A stretch of DNA of 38,841 nucleotides from Chryseobacterium gleum (GTDB taxonomy: Bacteria; Bacteroidota; Bacteroidia; Flavobacteriales_D; Crocinitomicaceae): NCBI GenBank assembly GCA_943326315.2, contig CALPSU020000001.1, forward strand, positions 1-38,841, written 5' to 3'. Positions 34,571 to 38,841 of this stretch are shown piece by piece (position 1 is the stretch's first letter; the number at the start of each line of letters is the position of its first letter). The notes under the pieces are model-generated. The model did not search any database. It saw only the letters and a list, made by a program, of their open reading frames with translations, and was not told the origin of the DNA. The position numbers were made by a program, and so were the translations under genes.

Positions 34571-35487
34571 AAAGCGATATTAAATATGTTTCTTATACTG
34601 AAATTGATTTCATAAAATGGGATGCTTGTATTGAAAATTCTTTAAACGGAATTGTTTTTGCATATTCCTGGTATTTAAAGTCTGTAAGTGATGAATGGGA
34701 CGCTTTAATTTTGAATGATTATGATGCTGTATTTCCCATTACAAGAAAATCTAAGTTTGGATTAAATTATTTTTATAATCCGATATTCGCTCTTCAATTA
34801 GGTGTCTTTTCAAAGGTTACTTTATCTAATGATCTTATTAATAGATTTATTAATTGTATTCCTTCCAAAATAAAATTGATTGATATTAATTTAAATTTTG
34901 GAAATAAATTAATTGACTCTTCTTTTGATATTTCGGATAAGTCATGCCAATTTATTGATTTGAAAGATAATTACGAGATTATTTTTCAAAAATATTCTAC
35001 AAATCTTAAAAGAAATTTAACCAAAGCAAAGAAGAATAATTTAGAAATAGTCTTATCTCTTAATACTGAAAATGTAGTAAAACTTTTTAAAGAAAATAGG
35101 GGAGAAACATTGAAGGAAATAACAGAGGATCATTATTTTAGACTTAATACATTACTTGCAGAAATGCAAAAAAGAAAAATAGGTAAAATTTACGAATGTT
35201 GGCTAGGTAAAGAATTAATTGCTTCAGCGTTCTTTTCTATAACAAATAATAGAATTATTTATATCAAGGGAGGTACTACTCAGAAAGGCCGAGATTTAGG
35301 TGCGATGCATTTTATTATGGATGAGGTAATACATTTGAATTCAAAAAGTAATTTAATATTCGATTTTGGCGGTTCTTCTATTCCTCAGGTGGTTAGATTT
35401 AATCACACTTTTGGAGCAAATGATTATGTGTACCAAAGATTGTATAGAAATAGATTGCCATTTTTTTTAAAACTATTAAAAAAGTAA
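34567..35487 (+). CDS. FemAB-like / BioF2-like GNAT acyltransferase
   Basis: 306 aa, with size and layout of the two-lobed FemAB-like GNATs common in Flavobacteriia (...W...I.NS.NG.VFAYSWYL..V...WDAL...). ATGA overlap with the upstream gene. Assigned by resemblance only. Confidence 0.5.
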   Translation: MKSDIKYVSYTEIDFIKWDACIENSLNGIVFAYSWYLKSVSDEWDALILNDYDAVFPITRKSKFGLNYFYNPIFALQLGVFSKVTLSNDLINRFINCIPSKIKLIDINLNFGNKLIDSSFDISDKSCQFIDLKDNYEIIFQKYSTNLKRNLTKAKKNNLEIVLSLNTENVVKLFKENRGETLKEITEDHYFRLNTLLAEMQKRKIGKIYECWLGKELIASAFFSITNNRIIYIKGGTTQKGRDLGAMHFIMDEVIHLNSKSNLIFDFGGSSIPQVVRFNHTFGANDYVYQRLYRNRLPFFLKLLKK

Positions 35488-35521
35488 TTCAATCAGAATA
35501 ATCGTTTATTGTTATTTTAAA

Positions 35522-37561
35522 TCACCAGATAACAACTCTTTCAGAAGGTGAAAGGTAAATTTTATTTCCTTTTTTAACCTTAAATTCTTTATAAAACTCC
35601 GGCATATTGCTTAGCGGTCCGTTGATTCTAAATCTAGCAGGAGAATGAACATCCGTCATTATTTGATTTGCTAAAGATTCATCATTTATATTTACCATCC
35701 ACGCATAGGCATATCCTAAAAAGAAACGTTTATTTGGGTTTAATCCACTTATTTTTTGATTTGTTTTAAATTGTTTAGTTGATTTGAAAGCTTCGTATCC
35801 CATTACAACTCCTCCTAAATCGGCAATGTTTTCTCCTTGGGTAGCGCTTCCATTCACATGTTTGTTTTTTAATACTGTAAAACGGTCAAATTGTGAAACT
35901 ATACGTTTTGTTTTTGATTGAAATTTGTTTAAGTCTTCTTTCGTCCACCAATTATTTAAATTCCCTTTTTCATCGTATTGGCAACCTTGATCATCAAAAC
36001 CATGAGTCATTTCATGTCCAAAAGTTGATCCCCCAATTATAGAATATAAAACGGCATCATCTGGCATTCTGCCTTCAAATCCAGGAACAGTTATGTTGCA
36101 TGCTGGAACAACTATTTCATTATTGCTAGGGTTATAATAAGCATTATATGTATGAGGTTGCATTCCCCATTCTGATTTATCAACAGGTTTTTTATACTTA
36201 CTTATCATTTGTTTATATTCCCAGATGTTTGCATTCATTACATTTGAACAATATGATTTCCTGTCGATTTTTAAATCACTTAAGTCTTTCCATTTGTCAG
36301 GAAAGCCTACTTTCATAACCATTTTACTAAGTTTATGTAAAGCCTTTTTCTTGGTTAATTCGCTCATCCAGTCAAGCTTTTTTATGTGTGAGGCAAATAC
36401 ATTTCGAATGTTTACTCCAATTTCTTCAAGTTTTTCTTTAGATCCTTTCGGGAGATATTCAGAAACATAAACTTGCCCAATTAGATCCCCTAATGCTTCG
36501 TCTGTTTGACCTACAACTCCTTCCCATCGAGGTTTTTGTTGCGTGATTCCAGAAAGAACTGTTCCGAAAAACTTGAAATTTTGATTTCTAATGTCTTTAT
36601 TTAAATAAGAAGAATATGAATTTAATAAATCCCATCTTAAATATGTTTTCCATTCGGATATGGAATATTTTAATATTAGTTTATCAAACGAAGTAAAAAA
36701 CTCAGGTTGACCAATAATTACAGTGTCTACGTTTTTTAATCCGAGTATTTTTAGTGTTTTTACCCAAGAAATGTTTGGTGTGGTTTTAGAGAATTGATCA
36801 ACGCTCATTTTATTGTAATTTTTAAAAGGATCACGAAGTTCATCTAGTTTACGAGAAGATTTAGCTAAATCACTTTCAATTTTCATTATGATTGAAGCAT
36901 TTTCGCTCGCTAATGATTCATTATCTCCAATCAGAATCATCATTGCTTTTAGATGTTTCAAATATTCTTTCTGAATTGTTTTTGTCCTTTTATCAGAATT
37001 AAAATAATAATCTCGATCGCCCAGCCCCAAACCACCTTGACTGAAAAACAATGCATATTTTGAACTAATTTTATCGTCTTGTGATAAATAAAATGAAAAT
37101 GCTGGCCCTGCTCCAATAGTGTGAAGATGAGCAATTGAATTCATTAAATTCTTGACATCAGTAATCTGGTTAATTTTATTGAATTCTTTTTTAAGTGAAT
37201 TTAGACCAGCTTTTTCGATGCTTAAAGTATCCATGCCAGAAGCATAAAAGTCACCAATTTTTTGCTTATTACTCCCTTTTATTGATTTTGATTCAGCAGC
37301 AGACTTTTCACATATTTGTTTAATTTGACTATTAATTGTGTCTTCAATTGTTTTGAAAATCCCATTGCTGTTATCACTAGATGAAATTGGATTTTCATTA
37401 AACCAAGTGCCATTTGCATATTGAAAGAAGTCGTCTGCAGGATTTACAGTTGTATCTCTGTGAGAAATTAGAGGATCTGTAAAAATGACACTTTTTTCGT
37501 TGCAACTAGCAAATATTGAAATCGCAGAAATAAGTAATGCTATATGTTTAAAGTAATTCAT
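35522..37561 (-). CDS. M13 family zinc metallopeptidase (PepO/neprilysin-like), lipoprotein
   Basis: 679 aa with the lipobox signal ...ISIFASC, the zinc motif HEMTHGFDD and the downstream GENIADLGG motif. Confidence 0.92.
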   Translation of the reverse strand: MNYFKHIALLISAISIFASCNEKSVIFTDPLISHRDTTVNPADDFFQYANGTWFNENPISSSDNSNGIFKTIEDTINSQIKQICEKSAAESKSIKGSNKQKIGDFYASGMDTLSIEKAGLNSLKKEFNKINQITDVKNLMNSIAHLHTIGAGPAFSFYLSQDDKISSKYALFFSQGGLGLGDRDYYFNSDKRTKTIQKEYLKHLKAMMILIGDNESLASENASIIMKIESDLAKSSRKLDELRDPFKNYNKMSVDQFSKTTPNISWVKTLKILGLKNVDTVIIGQPEFFTSFDKLILKYSISEWKTYLRWDLLNSYSSYLNKDIRNQNFKFFGTVLSGITQQKPRWEGVVGQTDEALGDLIGQVYVSEYLPKGSKEKLEEIGVNIRNVFASHIKKLDWMSELTKKKALHKLSKMVMKVGFPDKWKDLSDLKIDRKSYCSNVMNANIWEYKQMISKYKKPVDKSEWGMQPHTYNAYYNPSNNEIVVPACNITVPGFEGRMPDDAVLYSIIGGSTFGHEMTHGFDDQGCQYDEKGNLNNWWTKEDLNKFQSKTKRIVSQFDRFTVLKNKHVNGSATQGENIADLGGVVMGYEAFKSTKQFKTNQKISGLNPNKRFFLGYAYAWMVNINDESLANQIMTDVHSPARFRINGPLSNMPEFYKEFKVKKGNKIYLSPSERVVIW

Positions 37562-37599
37562 AGTTAATATGTTATAGTTTTGCCTTCAAATTAATACTC

Positions 37600-37607
37600 C
37601 AAAAGTA
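37600..37607 (-). promoter_or_regulatory. -7 box TACTTTTG for the M13 peptidase gene
   Basis: Exact TAnnTTTG match on the minus strand, 38 nt upstream of the ATG at 37561. Confidence 0.4.
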
Positions 37608-37676
37608 TATATATTATTCAATTTAGCGAGTTTCTATGTATTCATTTATTAATTTTACATCTCAAATTTATTTACA

Positions 37677-38498
37677 ATGGCAAAACATAATTGGACAACA
37701 ATTAAAGAATATACAGATATCAAATTTGATTTTTTAGACGGAATTGCTCGTATTATGATCAATAGACCTCGTGTTTACAATGCATTTCGACCTGAAACAA
37801 ATATGGATATGTTAGATGCAATGAACATTTGTAGAGAACGAAACGATATTGGTGTTATCATTTTGACAGGTGCAGGTGATAAAGCATTCTGTTCGGGCGG
37901 TGATCAAAATGTAAAAGGTATTGGTGGTTATATTTCTGAAAATGGAGTGCCACGTTTAAATGTTTTGGATTTACACAAAGCAATTCGTTCGATGCCAAAA
38001 CCTGTAATTGCAATGGTGAATGGTTATGCAATTGGTGGTGGACATGTATTGCACGTAGTATGTGATTTAACGATTGCTTCTGATAATGCAATTTTCGGTC
38101 AAACAGGTCCAAAAGTTGGAAGTTTTGATGGAGGTTTTGGATCTTCTTACTTAGCTAGATGTGTTGGTCAGAAAAAAGCGCGCGAGATATGGTTTACATG
38201 TAATCAGTACAGTGCAGAAGAAGCTGAAAAAATGGGAATGGTAAATAAAGTTGTTCCTTTTAATCAATTGGAAGACACGACCATCGATTGGTGCAGAACA
38301 ATTATGCAAAGAAGTCCTCTAGCCATCAGGATGATTAAGAGAGGTTTAAATGCCGAATTAGACGGTCAACATGGAATCATGGAATTAGCAGGAGATGCTA
38401 CTTTGATGTATTATTTAACTGAAGAAGCGCAAGAAGGAAAACATGCATTTTTAGAGAAAAGACAACCAGATTTTCAAAAATTTCCGAAATTCCCTTGA
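37677..38498 (+). CDS. menB: 1,4-dihydroxy-2-naphthoyl-CoA synthase
   Basis: 273-aa crotonase fold with [28 protein letters not shown] and a C-terminal ...[14 protein letters not shown]. Confidence 0.92.
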   Translation: MAKHNWTTIKEYTDIKFDFLDGIARIMINRPRVYNAFRPETNMDMLDAMNICRERNDIGVIILTGAGDKAFCSGGDQNVKGIGGYISENGVPRLNVLDLHKAIRSMPKPVIAMVNGYAIGGGHVLHVVCDLTIASDNAIFGQTGPKVGSFDGGFGSSYLARCVGQKKAREIWFTCNQYSAEEAEKMGMVNKVVPFNQLEDTTIDWCRTIMQRSPLAIRMIKRGLNAELDGQHGIMELAGDATLMYYLTEEAQEGKHAFLEKRQPDFQKFPKFP

Positions 38499-38522
38499 TA
38501 AATATTTAAGAAAATAACGAAG

Positions 38523-38553
38523 AGGTTGATAAGTTTCAACCTCTTTTTTTTTA
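38523..38553 (+). terminator. Rho-independent terminator after menB
   Basis: GAGGTTGA (38523-30) pairs with TCAACCTC (38537-44) around a 6-nt loop. A T9 run (38545-53) follows. Confidence 0.8.
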
Positions 38554-38572
38554 AAATAAACCTTATTTAGAA

Positions 38573-38841
38573 TGAAATTCTTATTACTTCAAATTACAAT
38601 AATTATAAGTGGATTTGCTTTATCTTCAGAAGATTGGATGCGTTATTCTGCTATTTCTCCAGATGGTCAAACGATTGTATATTCATTTCAAGGCGATTTA
38701 TTTACAGTTGGTATAAACGGCGGCGAATCGAAGCAATTAACTTCTCATCAGGCACATGATTATATGCCTATTTGGTCAAATGATTCAAAGAATATTGCAT
38801 TCGCCAGTAATCGTTTCGGAAATTTTGATGTTTTTATTGTA
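38573..38841 (+). CDS. Tricorn-protease-like / TolB-type beta-propeller peptidase, N-terminal fragment (3' end outside window)
   Basis: The ATG at 38573 opens MKFLLLQITIIISGFALSSEDWMRYSAISPDGQTIVYSFQGDLFTVGINGGESKQLTSHQAHDYMPIWSNDSKNIAFASNRFGNFDVFIV. The P.ISPDG..I.FsyqGDl..v...GG...qLTsh.a.d..P.wS.D.k.iaF.S.R.G..dvf pattern is typical of tricorn-homolog N-termini. Confidence 0.6.

Noticed and set aside
30459-35487. Idea that the ACP/FkbH cassette is a compositionally distinct horizontally acquired island.
   Set aside because: Hand GC counts over 180-nt samples gave about 31% (31021-31200, FkbH) and 28% (34621-34800, GNAT). The comparison samples gave 30% in recN (20161-20340) and 40% in nuoL (7381-7560). 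The cassette therefore matches ordinary non-nuo genes. No tRNA, integrase, transposase or direct repeats flank it. A full sliding-window GC and codon analysis could revisit this.
98-38112. Many 60-125 aa ORFs in the track lie antisense to or overlap the large genes. Examples are 98-337, 1366-1560, 2000-2239, 2318-2551, 4043-4225, 4983-5174, 5318-5692, 9277-9495, 9305-9508, 11327-11539, 12612-12854, 13056-13247, 13386-13571, 17822-18046, 19473-19670, 20372-20584, 27231-27512, 28899-29153, 29731-29961, 29913-30143, 30170-30457, 31580-31795, 32025-32285, 36225-36470 and 37858-38112.
   Set aside because: Each lies wholly inside, or largely overlaps, a much longer ORF that has clear family motifs. 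Their sequences are low-complexity or unrecognisable. AT-rich genomes generate such shadow ORFs by chance.

Overview
Low-GC Bacteroidota (Flavobacteriia-like) chromosomal segment. The phylum call rests on recurring TAnnTTTG '-7' promoter boxes, no Shine-Dalgarno use, T9SS-type and lipoprotein signals, and the bamD-rpoZ-coaBC-DUF4835-recN gene order. Positions 1-11457 hold a tightly packed NDH-1 operon (nuoC fragment to nuoN) ending in a clear intrinsic terminator. Positions 11.6-27.5 kb carry mostly housekeeping or conserved genes: an S9 prolyl oligopeptidase, an LLM flavin oxidoreductase, a CDGSH protein, the bamD-to-recN block, a GSCFA protein, an ECF sigma factor with a membrane partner, mdh, a beta-helix lipoprotein and L31 type B. 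The most unusual part is 27.5-35.5 kb. There a WG-repeat exported protein is translationally coupled to a TonB-C-like membrane protein. These run straight into a standalone acyl carrier protein and a complete FkbH-type loader. An antisense methylmalonyl-CoA-epimerase-like VOC gene follows, then a membrane-anchored TylF-type O-methyltransferase, an AAC(3)-fold acyltransferase and a FemAB-like GNAT. No PKS, NRPS, glycosyltransferase or transporter gene lies in the window. I read this as a candidate undescribed ACP-dependent acyl-decoration system; that reading is inference. The window ends with an M13 metallopeptidase, menB and the 5' end of a tricorn-like protease. I found no rRNA, tRNA, CRISPR array, transposase or integrase. 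All homology calls come from motif recognition by eye, because no searches could be run.
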